From NCBI GenBank assembly GCA_000002445.1, contig CH464491.1, forward strand, positions 1,792,001-1,856,000: a stretch of 64,000 nucleotides of DNA, written 5' to 3'. The notes under the pieces were generated by a model, which worked only from the letters and a program-made list of their open reading frames with translations, had not been told where the DNA came from and ran no database searches. Positions 31,355 to 42,080 of this stretch are shown here, piece by piece. The position numbers were made by a program, and so were the translations under genes. The first letter of the stretch is position 1, and each line of letters opens with the position of its first letter. The DNA comes from Trypanosoma brucei. Lineage: Eukaryota.

Positions 31355-33205
31355 TCACTCAGTCCCCCTGCGGTCCCTTGAGCCATAAGGTGCAGCACTC
31401 GTCTCCGCTGGCAACTCAAGCCGTATGGAATTGATATCATTTGCACCCTCCGGCTTTTTAGGGAGGGACTCGGCTGCAACCCGGCGGCCTTCCAGTGCCG
31501 ATCGAACCAACTTGAGGTATTCGCAGTGCACGTATGTATTTGTTCCAAATGCAGTCAAGTTGAGACCGAGCATAACGAGAAGTGGCATTTGAACACACAC
31601 ACGCTCCAAGCAAACCTCCACCCCGAGTTTGTTAGCTTCATACGTATACCACTCCCCGTACAAGAGACGGTTGTACAGTATGGTGGAGCAGGCCGTGGCG
31701 ACGAAACAGTAGTTGTAGTGTAACCCCAAATCCTTGGCGTAAATTGTGTTCACAACAAGGATAGTCACCGAGGCAATGATGCCATTTCCAATGGCACCCA
31801 CAACAAACGCAAACGGTAATACGTATTCATTGGACACGGTGAGAAAGAGAACAAGCATGATGGTGATAGCGGCTGTTGGTATGAAGAGTGTGACTGTGAT
31901 GGGAATACGATCCTCCGCCTTGCGCTTCTGTGACCATATCTCAAGGTAGCTCATAATGAGACGGCCCGCGGCGCTTCCCGTACCGTTCAGCACAGTTAGT
32001 AAAGTATTGAGGGAGTCATCAATCTCTTTGCCGGCAAGGGCAGCGAAAAGGAAGCGGGTGTTTATCAAGACAACAAACTCAGCCCCAAGGGTACAAAATA
32101 GTGACCAAAAGAGCGCCCACAGCCTCAATGTCTTGACGCTATCAATGAAACGCGTCTGGTACTGTGGTGGGATGTAGTCCAGCTCATCTATCTCACCCTC
32201 GGACGATCCGTCGTCCCTTCTTTGGTCTTCGATGCTCCCCGCGGAAACCTGGCTCTCCTTACGCCAGAACCTCCAGCTTTTATCCAGGCATTTGGCCGGT
32301 AGGCAAACAATTGGATACAGAAGCCATATAACCACAAACACTATTGTAGAGGCCTTTCGGTTGAACGGCGACACATCCGTATACGCAATCAGGGCACTTT
32401 GTAGGGGCAGAACAATGATGAGCACAGTGATAATGAGCAGCCCAATAGCAAAGCGCAAGGTAGGAGGCTCCTGTCTTAAATACACAGCCTTTGTTGCCTC
32501 ACGTCTCGTTATCTCCTCTTCCGTTAGGTGCTTGAGCATATAGTCCGTTATTATGTAAGGAGCCGAACGCATCACGAGCATCACAACAATACCAACGACA
32601 GCCCCAAACGCCAGAAGGAAATAAAAGTAATTCGTGGGGTCGTCCTCGAAGAACGCTAACTGTATTGCCCCCAGCAAGGCGGAGCCCAAACCAATAAACG
32701 TCTTCATCACCGCCACGATCCAACCCTTTGCAGTAGGAAACTGAGTTAGGGTCGTCACCACGCAAGCAAGGTCATAAAGGCCACTTGCAAAGTTGAAGAT
32801 GCCATTAAAAACGCACAACAGAACAACGGAAGCGGTAATGGTACCCCCAAACGTCAGTGCCATGAAAAGCAAACCGGTGGCCATCATGACAAAACCCATC
32901 ACCAATACGGGGAAAACACCGAAGTAGTCGTACACAAAGGCGTAGGGCAGACCAAAGTAAGATAAGACAAGACCAACGGTACTGATCGTCGTCATTTCGG
33001 CCTGTGTGAAGTGGTACCGCTCTTGCAAATCTCCGCTGAATATGTTGAAGCCGAAGGTGAGGGACACACAAACACAGCCGAAAACACCGACTACGAGAAT
33101 CGCGAAGCGCTTCGGTTCACTTATCACAAGCTTGGGTTCCGGTCCAACCTCAGTAGCACGTTCATCTCCTTCAGTGACACTCATTTCGAGCAAGCGCAAA
33201 GGCAA
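31355..33205 (-). CDS. Major-facilitator-type polytopic transporter (nodulin-like family candidate)
   Basis: 616 aa with ~12 hydrophobic helices in 6+6 arrangement and a charged central loop (SAGSIEDQRRDDGSSEGEIDELD). The N-terminus is cytosolic. The probable real start is MSVTEG (second Met). Confidence 0.7.
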   Translation of the reverse strand: MPLRLLEMSVTEGDERATEVGPEPKLVISEPKRFAILVVGVFGCVCVSLTFGFNIFSGDLQERYHFTQAEMTTISTVGLVLSYFGLPYAFVYDYFGVFPVLVMGFVMMATGLLFMALTFGGTITASVVLLCVFNGIFNFASGLYDLACVVTTLTQFPTAKGWIVAVMKTFIGLGSALLGAIQLAFFEDDPTNYFYFLLAFGAVVGIVVMLVMRSAPYIITDYMLKHLTEEEITRREATKAVYLRQEPPTLRFAIGLLIITVLIIVLPLQSALIAYTDVSPFNRKASTIVFVVIWLLYPIVCLPAKCLDKSWRFWRKESQVSAGSIEDQRRDDGSSEGEIDELDYIPPQYQTRFIDSVKTLRLWALFWSLFCTLGAEFVVLINTRFLFAALAGKEIDDSLNTLLTVLNGTGSAAGRLIMSYLEIWSQKRKAEDRIPITVTLFIPTAAITIMLVLFLTVSNEYVLPFAFVVGAIGNGIIASVTILVVNTIYAKDLGLHYNYCFVATACSTILYNRLLYGEWYTYEANKLGVEVCLERVCVQMPLLVMLGLNLTAFGTNTYVHCEYLKLVRSALEGRRVAAESLPKKPEGANDINSIRLELPAETSAAPYGSRDRRGTE

Positions 33206-33616
33206 GTAGATCCGACGTATGGAAGCAATGTATTAATGCGCCTGAGGGCTTCTTTCCTCTGGTGGTAGTAATACGTGAAGATGAAAAGAAGTCGCCTATC
33301 AGGGTCAGGAGCAACAACTTTTACTCCGGAATACACACTCCTCTTTGTTTCTTCGCCACTTTACCCTTTGCGAAGGGGGCGTATTACCGTTGAGAAGCCT
33401 TGGGTCAACTGACTGTTAGACGACCTAGAAGAGAGTAGAAGGAAAGGCAAGGGGCACGTTAGTGAAGTTCACACGGGTATACATGTGGTAGCAACAGGAA
33501 AAATTTGTGTGGAAGCAACACCCGACAAGGTAAACATAACGGTCCACCAAAACATGACACCATGATGAAAACCCACCGAACAACCATATCAAATACCCCC
33601 AGCGCAGCCAGCATTG

Positions 33617-35758
33617 TCAGCGGGTATGCTGAACAATACAAACCCTGACGGCACCGCAGAACTCAACAACAGCAGCATCTGTTGCTGGCATCAGGTCAGT
33701 CGCCATTGACGTACTTTTCCCTTCCATCGCCTGGAGGCATTGGGGCAGCAGCACATCCGCCACCGGAACGTAGCGAAACAGGCCCAACGGCGCGAGAAAA
33801 CGGCCCCACTGCCGTGTACGCCGTGTTAAACGAGTCGCCACAGTTGCCCTCACCTCAGCTCGCTTCTCATTGAGCAGCCATTGGTGCAAGGTCGCGCACC
33901 TCCGATACAGTAACACCGACATCAGCACGCAACTCACGTCACAGACCGGCGTCAAACAGAACGAAGGTAACTGGGAGGACGTAGGTGAAAGCAGATTAAG
34001 GACACCCTTAATGTGAGGTGGGGTTAAAAGCACTAAGCGTGTGCCACCCAGCGATTCTTCGTTACCAGAGGCCCTAACAGCCGCTGCTGAGGAATGGTGT
34101 TGAGCGGGAATCACAGGTTGAGAAAGTTCACTAAGAGCAAACTCAATTAGTGTTTCGCACAGGAGCGGTACGGCAGAGGCGATATCTTGACCTCCTGGTA
34201 CCGCATGGGATGCGTTCAAACCGCCACCACCATCACCACCTGTTGTGGTGCCAGGTTGAGATGACGGCTCAGTGACCCGCAGGCGCTTTAGCCGCAATGT
34301 CGCGCGCGGTGTCTCATCTGCCCTTAAACCAGCCGCTGAAGAAGGAGATTGTGTGACCGGGGTTGCACCCCCCACAGACAATTCGCTGCTACGAGTCGTC
34401 CCCAATTTCAAGTTACTGTAGACAAAGCTGCTCAACATAGCCTGGAGTCTTGAACGAAGCACCGCTACATGTTCGTCATTCTCCTTGCCCCTGGCCTTAT
34501 TGGAGACAATCGTCTCAAGCAACTGCCACACGCGTCCAGCAATATAAAGCTGTGACACCGGTAGCCGCAGAGCCAGCGCAGCGAAAAAGGCGGACCCGCT
34601 CTTAACACCCAACTCCCCAAGCAACGGCCCCCCGTCGCTCTCTAAATCGGCGAAGGACGGCCCCAAAAGGGCTACATTGGGGTGGTCTAGCGCGTGGCGA
34701 ACCACCTGCGAAGCTAAGCAGTATCCATCATACAACACAAGAAGGAGGGCGTGTGGTGCACAAAGAGCGACGGTCTCACAGCCCTCCAGGCCCCCGTCCT
34801 GCTCCAGCAACAATAGCCCACCTGCCAAAGTGTCGCAAAACGAGGGATTTTGTGCCGAGTGACCCCCACTCTCGCTAACCACAACACCTCCCCCCAACGC
34901 ACTCCACATTTGCCGTAATTCACCTAACCACAGGCGAAAAACTGCGTGTAGAGCCAACACGGTGGTGCCTTCAAGCACATCGAATTGATCACCATCACCC
35001 TCTTTCTCCTTCAAACCCTTCTCCCCACCGAGGAGAGGGTTCACTAACACACGCCGAAGCGCAGGCCAAAAGCCCTCGCACATCCCACCCACCAATAGAT
35101 TGTGCAGAGAGTCCACCGAGCCGCGTCCGCTTCCTTCGAAACAAAGCTGATGCCACGTATTTCGCCACGATGCCGGAACAAACGGTTCAACCACATCCTT
35201 TTGGAGCATCACCAAGATGCGCAAGGGGTACTGGAAGGCCAAAAAGGTGGCGAGACCAGGTGGAAGTTCCCCTAATGACAATGAAGTGGGATGTGCAGGA
35301 TTCCACGAGTCAAGGAGTGCAGAGAGTAGCTCACTGACATCAGTGCTGCGAAAGTCCACAGGTGGTTGGGACCGGGAGGCATCCTTGGCTCCACGCACGA
35401 GGGAAAAAAGTGGTAAGGAGTGTTTAAGACGTGTCGGCGACTCAGAGGAGTTTGGCCTGGAGAACGCTGTCATGCGCTCGGTGGGTCTTAAATAAAGCTC
35501 GTGACTTAGCCGCAGTAACAGTGCAGCGTTGTACGGTGGACAGAGTTTCTCAAATACGAAATGTCGACATGTTTCATTTTGGAGCCCCCCAGCACTGATA
35601 AGGCGCAATGTCAGGCTCCCACGTTCCAATGCAGACATTCGAGGGAGAGCCACTTGCGCTGTCCTCTGCAACATAAAGGTAAGCACCGATCCCAACACAA
35701 AATCCATGTGCCCCTCTTCAGAAGTACATAAGGCACACAACTCGATGATTTCTTCCAT
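33617..35758 (-). CDS. Hypothetical protein (713 aa)
   Basis: Long ORF in PTU orientation with complex, non-repetitive sequence. No motif recognised. Confidence 0.6.
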   Translation of the reverse strand: MEEIIELCALCTSEEGHMDFVLGSVLTFMLQRTAQVALPRMSALERGSLTLRLISAGGLQNETCRHFVFEKLCPPYNAALLLRLSHELYLRPTERMTAFSRPNSSESPTRLKHSLPLFSLVRGAKDASRSQPPVDFRSTDVSELLSALLDSWNPAHPTSLSLGELPPGLATFLAFQYPLRILVMLQKDVVEPFVPASWRNTWHQLCFEGSGRGSVDSLHNLLVGGMCEGFWPALRRVLVNPLLGGEKGLKEKEGDGDQFDVLEGTTVLALHAVFRLWLGELRQMWSALGGGVVVSESGGHSAQNPSFCDTLAGGLLLLEQDGGLEGCETVALCAPHALLLVLYDGYCLASQVVRHALDHPNVALLGPSFADLESDGGPLLGELGVKSGSAFFAALALRLPVSQLYIAGRVWQLLETIVSNKARGKENDEHVAVLRSRLQAMLSSFVYSNLKLGTTRSSELSVGGATPVTQSPSSAAGLRADETPRATLRLKRLRVTEPSSQPGTTTGGDGGGGLNASHAVPGGQDIASAVPLLCETLIEFALSELSQPVIPAQHHSSAAAVRASGNEESLGGTRLVLLTPPHIKGVLNLLSPTSSQLPSFCLTPVCDVSCVLMSVLLYRRCATLHQWLLNEKRAEVRATVATRLTRRTRQWGRFLAPLGLFRYVPVADVLLPQCLQAMEGKSTSMATDLMPATDAAVVEFCGAVRVCIVQHTR

Positions 35759-36974
35759 CCGCTAGTGCTGCCGGGTGGGAGGGGGGGGGGGTGCAGATTG
35801 CCCTATGGAAAGGGGGAAGTTGTCTCTTAGAAGAAACACGCAACTAAGCACAACTCTCACCTCACCAAAACCACCGCGGTTCTCTCCTTTCCACGAGCGA
35901 GAGCCTCTACACGTGCATGTATACACGTGGACATGAAGGGAAGAACAGTATTTGTTCAAATGAGGAAACAAATATTCAAGAGTGAGGAGAAGAAACAAAA
36001 GGATATACCGTATATTTGTCACAGAGAACCGATTAAGATTTAAAAGAAAGAGCGTAACAACAAGAGCCGCATGGCGGGGCGATGAAGTCCCAGCAGTCCC
36101 GTGACCAACACGATAATAAAACAGAAAGAACAGAGTAAAAAAAAACAACGGAGTGATGCACCACACATCAAACAGCTCTACCTAACCCTCATACTGGTCC
36201 AAAGTTAAAAACGCTTGGTGTGTGGCAGGAGATAACCAACAATTCCAAGAACGCTTGTGTGGTGTAAATCGAAAAAAAAAAAGTAAAGTAAAACAGACAA
36301 CAATTTTAAAGAACAGTGGCGCCAACTAGCAGTAACAGCAGTAATAACGACAATACCGCGAGCCTCAGTCTTACACCCCATTTTTCTTATCTGTGTTTCC
36401 CTCCTCAACTTACCCCGCCTCGTCCAACTTCATACGGGAGCGAACTCAGATGATATGCATAGCAGTAAAGTAGTAAAAATAATAATGATAATAATAACGC
36501 TGTAGCGAGTAAACGAGTAAACTCACAAAACACCGCACACTGGGCATAGCGATGACCGTTAGGGTTACCTAGAGAGGCATAAATGAACCCCGCAACCACA
36601 ACGGCTGCAGTAGCAAGTGACAGCAGTAACGATGACGAAGACTGCAGGAAGTACATAAATAAATAAAAGGAAGCCGAATGATTTTTGGATTTTTTTTTCA
36701 AAAACAAAGAAGAATTCACCATGTATTTATTTTCCTTCCCTTCCCCTTTCCCGCAGTTCCCCTTGTGAGTGGGTGGTTGAGTGTGTGTGTATGTGTTCTC
36801 CCTTTTTCCTCCACGACCTCATCCCAATCCGCGCCTACACAAACCCCAAGAGAGCAGGTTAAGGAAATCATGTAGAAGAAATCTCCAACATGGGCAGTCA
36901 AGACCCTTCATTCACATTCGTTTCCCCTACAACGATTTTCCAAATTCGGGAACCGATACTTGCACGCCATGTGG

Positions 36975-38540
36975 CTACAATTTTCGGAAGTACTCGGTAA
37001 GTAAGGCAGGGCCGAAGCCTGTTGCCCCATTGCTGTTAAACACTGGGTACGCCAAATCCACGTGGATGTGCGCGCCAGTGAATTTCGGGCTCAAATGGGT
37101 AGTAATGAAGTAACCAGCACATGAAACACCAGCATTGTCACGTCTCTCCATCAAGTTGGTCATGTCGGCATGATTGCTCTTGAACTCGGGCTCGTGATAT
37201 TCCGGGCAGTAAAGCACCGGGAAGCATGTCTCCCCTGACTCCCGTCCCGCCCGCAACATTGCAGCTTCAGCCCCCTCCTCGTTGACGTACAATCCCGCAT
37301 GGTGGCGACCAGTGGCAATACCTTGTGCTCCCGTAAGAGTTGCCATATCGATGACAACATCTGGGGTAAAGGACAACTCATTCGTCGCGTGGAAAACACC
37401 ATCGCCGAGCACAATGCGGCCCTCTGCGTCAGTGTTGATTACCTCCACCGTCTTGCCAGACTTCATAACGATGATGTCGTCGTTTCTGTAGCTCTTAGGA
37501 CCAATGGCGTTCTCCGCGAGGCACAATGTGCAACTGAGCTGCACTGGCTGCTGAAGCCGCACAGCTGTCAGAAAACCGCAAAACACGGCTGCCGCTCCAC
37601 CCATATCATGCTTCATCAATTTCATGTAGTCGGCCGGCTTGAGCGCGAGACCGCCACAATCATACACGATGCCCTTGCCGACGAGGGACACCTTTTTGAC
37701 GGGAGTGCCCTTCGGTGTGTACAACAGCGTTACGAGACGAGGAGCCTCAAAAGCAGCCTTTCCCACACTGTATATGCCTCCGTAGCCGCGCTCACACAAA
37801 TCGTCACCACAAATGACGTCCACATCGAAGCCAAGCGCCTTTGCGTAGCCTTGCGCAATTTCTGTGAAGGTTGCAGTGGTTAGCAGGTTGGGAGGCGCGT
37901 CAACAAGACGCTGGCAGAGTTGCGTCGAAGTGGCAACCGCCTCCAAGTCCTTTGGCGGGATCGCGGGCGGCTCCGGGAACACCACCTGCAACCGGCTGAC
38001 CTTACCACTGTTGTAAGCCGCCGCTGCCGCACCATCCTTTGCGGAGAAGTTGTGCTTTCCACAGCGTGCTACAGCAGCAGCGATGGGAAGGACAGCATTG
38101 GAAAGCACAAAGACATCCACCGTTGCATTAGGCTCTTTAACTTCGTCCAATGCAGCAGTTACAAGTGCAGTCACAACATCCGGTCGGGCAGGGCAGTTGT
38201 TGCGAGATGCCTTCGTGGGCACCTCACCAACGACAACGCGCACGAACTTTGAGCCTGCCGCATTCGCAAGTCCCTCCACCAAAACGCCGTACGTCCCACC
38301 TTCCTTCACCCGCTCAATAGCTTCAGCAACAGCGGGATTGTAAAATGGTAAACGCTGGACGGCGGGGTCACGGAGTTGCTTGTGAGTTCCAACAAGAACA
38401 GCGAGTCCTGAGGACAGTACACCCTTCTGGTTGCTTTCGTAGGCGGTGACATCGGTGAAGCAAACATTGGTTTTGTATTCGACGCACGACTGGACGAACG
38501 CAGAAAGCTCTTTTGCTTCGGCCTTGGGTAAAGTAGGCAT
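36975..38540 (-). CDS. M17 family leucyl aminopeptidase
   Basis: 521 aa. Carries the M17 signature NTDAEGRIVL, the VGKGIVYDCGGLALKPADYMKLMKHDMGGAAAV Zn-site region, and the HIHVDLAYP C-terminal motif. Confidence 0.9.
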   Translation of the reverse strand: MPTLPKAEAKELSAFVQSCVEYKTNVCFTDVTAYESNQKGVLSSGLAVLVGTHKQLRDPAVQRLPFYNPAVAEAIERVKEGGTYGVLVEGLANAAGSKFVRVVVGEVPTKASRNNCPARPDVVTALVTAALDEVKEPNATVDVFVLSNAVLPIAAAVARCGKHNFSAKDGAAAAAYNSGKVSRLQVVFPEPPAIPPKDLEAVATSTQLCQRLVDAPPNLLTTATFTEIAQGYAKALGFDVDVICGDDLCERGYGGIYSVGKAAFEAPRLVTLLYTPKGTPVKKVSLVGKGIVYDCGGLALKPADYMKLMKHDMGGAAAVFCGFLTAVRLQQPVQLSCTLCLAENAIGPKSYRNDDIIVMKSGKTVEVINTDAEGRIVLGDGVFHATNELSFTPDVVIDMATLTGAQGIATGRHHAGLYVNEEGAEAAMLRAGRESGETCFPVLYCPEYHEPEFKSNHADMTNLMERRDNAGVSCAGYFITTHLSPKFTGAHIHVDLAYPVFNSNGATGFGPALLTEYFRKL

Positions 38541-38916
38541 GGGACTTTCCTTCTTATTTATTGACTTGTTTTGCGTGCGTTTCTTTCCTCCCTCCCTTTG
38601 TGCTTCAGGTCCCCTTATGCACCTTATCTCTTATTGTTGTTGCTACACTCCCTTTTTAACAAATTCCTGCTAACGTAAGTCCCAAGCAAGAAATATTGCA
38701 CTTCTGTCAACTGATATGTACTTCGGTTGTTAGCAACTCAATGGCGATATACCGGTGAAGTTCGAACGTACTCCTTTCAAAAAAAAAAGTCGAGATTTGC
38801 TTTTCCATGGCAAGAAGAAAAAAAAGGAGAAAATAGAGGCGCAGGAGTGACCGCATATTGGTATCAAGGGTGTGAGAGCCTTGGTATCTGTCAAGTTTAA
38901 GAATTTTTTTGCCTTT

Positions 38917-38945
38917 CAAAAAAAAAAAAAGACAAAGACAAAGTT
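38917..38945 (-). promoter_or_regulatory. Polypyrimidine tract on the coding (minus) strand upstream of the leucyl-aminopeptidase gene; candidate trans-splicing signal
   Basis: The plus strand reads caaaaaaaaaaaaagacaaagacaaag, which is ctttgtctttgtcttttttttttttg on the minus strand. AG dinucleotides follow on the minus strand before the ATG at 38540. The tract is ~400 nt upstream, so closer tracts may be used instead. Confidence 0.3.
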
Positions 38946-41900
38946 ACCCCATTTCTTCCGTCAACGCAACAGTGGAAGCGTAGAAACAGAGAAAGGGACA
39001 AAGAAACATTAAAAACAGCAGTAAGGGTGATAATGATAATAATAATAATAATAAAAGTACGACCTGTCTCCTGATTTAGCACTTGTTTGGCCCGTAAATT
39101 TTATCCATCCTGCGGGCGACTTGTCATTACCGCCTCCCCCCCCCCCGCCCCTCCTCAGGTAATAATCCGCTGATTCGCTTCTTCAACTTACCTTTCCTTT
39201 ACCCTTACTTTCCACATCTTCTTTTTCCCCCTTTTTAAAAAAATCTCTCTTACTTTTCCTTTTTCCCTTTTCTGTTCCTTTTGATTCAATTTTCCCCAAT
39301 AGTTCTCTTCTTCTCTCTCCTTACATTATTTTTCTTCCTTAGGTTTCATTTTTGACATATTTCCCCCATTCCCAGCACCCATACATCTACAACCCCCTCC
39401 AAATGTTGCAACAGCAAAACGGAATAGGGAAGAAGGTGGAGACAGGACAGGAGAAAAGAAAAAAAGAAAGAAAGAACCAACGTCTAATTCGGATATTCAA
39501 TTAGAGAAGAGGGAATAAACTTACGCATATATATATATATATATATATATATTTCCCCTCCACCCTTTCAACTGTAGGATATATATAAAAAAAAGTAATT
39601 GATTGCTAATGCTACTATCATTATTATTAGAAAAAATGACAATAATAGTGATAATAGCAATAACAATTATTATAATAACAGGAATAGCAGTTACATATAT
39701 ATAGTTTTAATATAGATATAAACAGCACGAAACGCCGTGAGTAGTAGTAGTAGTAGTATTCCACCGGCAACTTGTGTAAGTCCAAGTGCACGTGCAGAAA
39801 AGTGAGTGCATATTTTTTTTTTAATTAGAAGTGCTTGGTTGTTTGTTTGTTATTAATGATAATTGAATGGAAAGGGGGAGAAATGAATTTAAATTAGCGT
39901 AGATATTTTTATGTTCGTAAAATAAAGGAAGAAAAAAAACAGTAATTGTGGTCACAAAGACAGCAACTGTGGCAGAATAATATGGAAGGTCTAAATGAAC
40001 GAGAAAAAAAAAACACCGCTGGAGTATCAGAAGAATGTCCCGACACCTTCAGAAACAAAAAACAAAAGTGGGTGAAAAATGATTTCTCATCATTATCAAT
40101 ATATATATATAATACATACATGTTTATATGCATGTATGTATATCATACCCCTACGGGGTCAAAAAATGATTGTAAACATAGCTTAAAACGTTTCAACTGG
40201 ATAAAGAAAGTAAATAACATAAGCGGCGACAACAACTAAAAAGAGAAAAAAAAGGTTATGAAACATGCAAAGAAAAAATAGTAGTAACAATAACAATAAT
40301 AAGAGTAATAGTAATGGCAGTAGTAACAATAATAATAAAAATAAGATAGCGAAATTGGCAGAAGCAACACTTCCTTCCACCCACCACAGACGCCACGCAA
40401 AGAAACAAACAAACAAACTAACACGTAAACGCAAACATGCACGCATATACATATATACATATGTGCATACATTCATTCCTTTTTGTAGCCAATCCCTCAT
40501 TCAATATCTCTGAAAGCTGCAATAATCATTGTAGTAATTCTTATCACAACAGTTCCTGCTTATGTTCCTGTTGTTGTTTTAACAGAAGGGGACAAGAAAA
40601 GGAAAAGGAGAAGCGAATGGGAAACCCTTTTGCCCTTAACCCCTTTTCGTTTCTTCCCCTTTTTTGTTTTGTTTTGTCTTGTTGTTTTTCATTTTTTATT
40701 TTTTTTTCTTTTTGTGATTCTCCCTTAGCTTTTCACTTCTGGACACCCACAGCGCCACGCCTCGATGAGCCAAATCGCTCAGTTGGAGCGGGTAAACGAA
40801 ACAAAACAAGCAAACAAATACAGAGTAAGCAGTAATTTAAAAAAGGGGCTCCAAACAGGCACAAGTATGAACTGTACGCTCACACGCGCAGCAGTTCATC
40901 TCTCACACATGTTAACAAACAAGACATGCTATCACCGAAAATAAGCAGAAATAAGCAGAGTGAAAACAAAAAAAACGAAATAAACGAAATAAAAACAAAA
41001 CGCAACCGGACGCATGCATATACAAACAAAAATGTATACACGTACATACGCACGTGCATACATAAATATATATGTAATTTTTGTGATATATTTATAACAT
41101 ATATATATATAGATAGATAGATAAATTTATCAAGAGGTGTGAAAGGGACAAAAAGAGAGAATTGGAAGCATATGTCATCAACTACATATCATCTGTCACC
41201 GGCCGACACAACAAGCCGCAGTAAACACAACAGCGGGGAAAGGAAAATACACAAATGCGTATACAAGTAAAATAATCAAATTATATACCTGCATTTGTAC
41301 GTGTTTGTGTTTACATCTTTCATTTCCCTCTTCTTGTATTTTCTTTTCTTTTCTTCTCTTCTTTCATTACTTTCTTATTTCATTTTTCAGCCCATTCAAA
41401 ACCAATTTTGGAAATTTTAAGTGAATGGGCTTTCCTCTTTTTCTTTTTCGTTTTTTTTTGTTTTCAGCACAAAATTTCCTTCTTTCCCCCCTCCGTCCTG
41501 CTGCCGCTGTCGCCCCTTTCAGCTTCAAACTCATTGTTACAAAAAGCAACATCCCGCTTCTTTTCGCCATGATATGTGTTGTAGGCATTCAAATACGGTA
41601 CATTTTTCTTTCATACACTCATCTCCTCACCTGCAAACTTTTCCCTATTATTTTTGTTTTGTTTTTGTTTTATTCTTCTTCCTTCCTTCCTTTCTTCCTT
41701 TTCCCCCTTCATCTCTCTCTCTCTCCTTATCCACCCCATTTTTTTTCTGTTTCCATCATCACTACTTTTCATTATATTTTATTAAAATAAAATATAACGC
41801 AGATCTTACTCATTTCCTCTTTTGTTTCTTTCCCCTTCCTTTTGTATTCTTTTTTTTTTCATGAACTTCTCCACAGCTCTTTTGTCATCTCCCTTCTTTG

Positions 41901-42047
41901 TTCTTTTTGTTTTATTTTTGAGACATGACCGAATAATCTCCGCTGAATGAAAGGAGGAGAGGGGGAAAAAAAAAACTCACACGCTCCATCATGCATTCAA
42001 CGTTTTCCTTTTCTTTTTTTTCGTTTCTTCTTTTTTTTTTTAATTTA

Positions 42048-42049
<2 letters not shown>

Positions 42050-42078
<29 letters not shown>
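42050..42078. repeat. (AT)n microsatellite; a similar one sits at ~39527-39552
   Basis: Direct read: atatatatatatatatatatatatatatt. Confidence 0.9.

Positions 42079-42080
<2 letters not shown>

Noticed and set aside
37299-38343. Plus-strand ORFs (37299-37883, 194 aa; 37920-38252; 38050-38343)
   Set aside because: They are antisense to the M17 aminopeptidase gene, which carries the diagnostic NTDAEGR motif on the minus strand.
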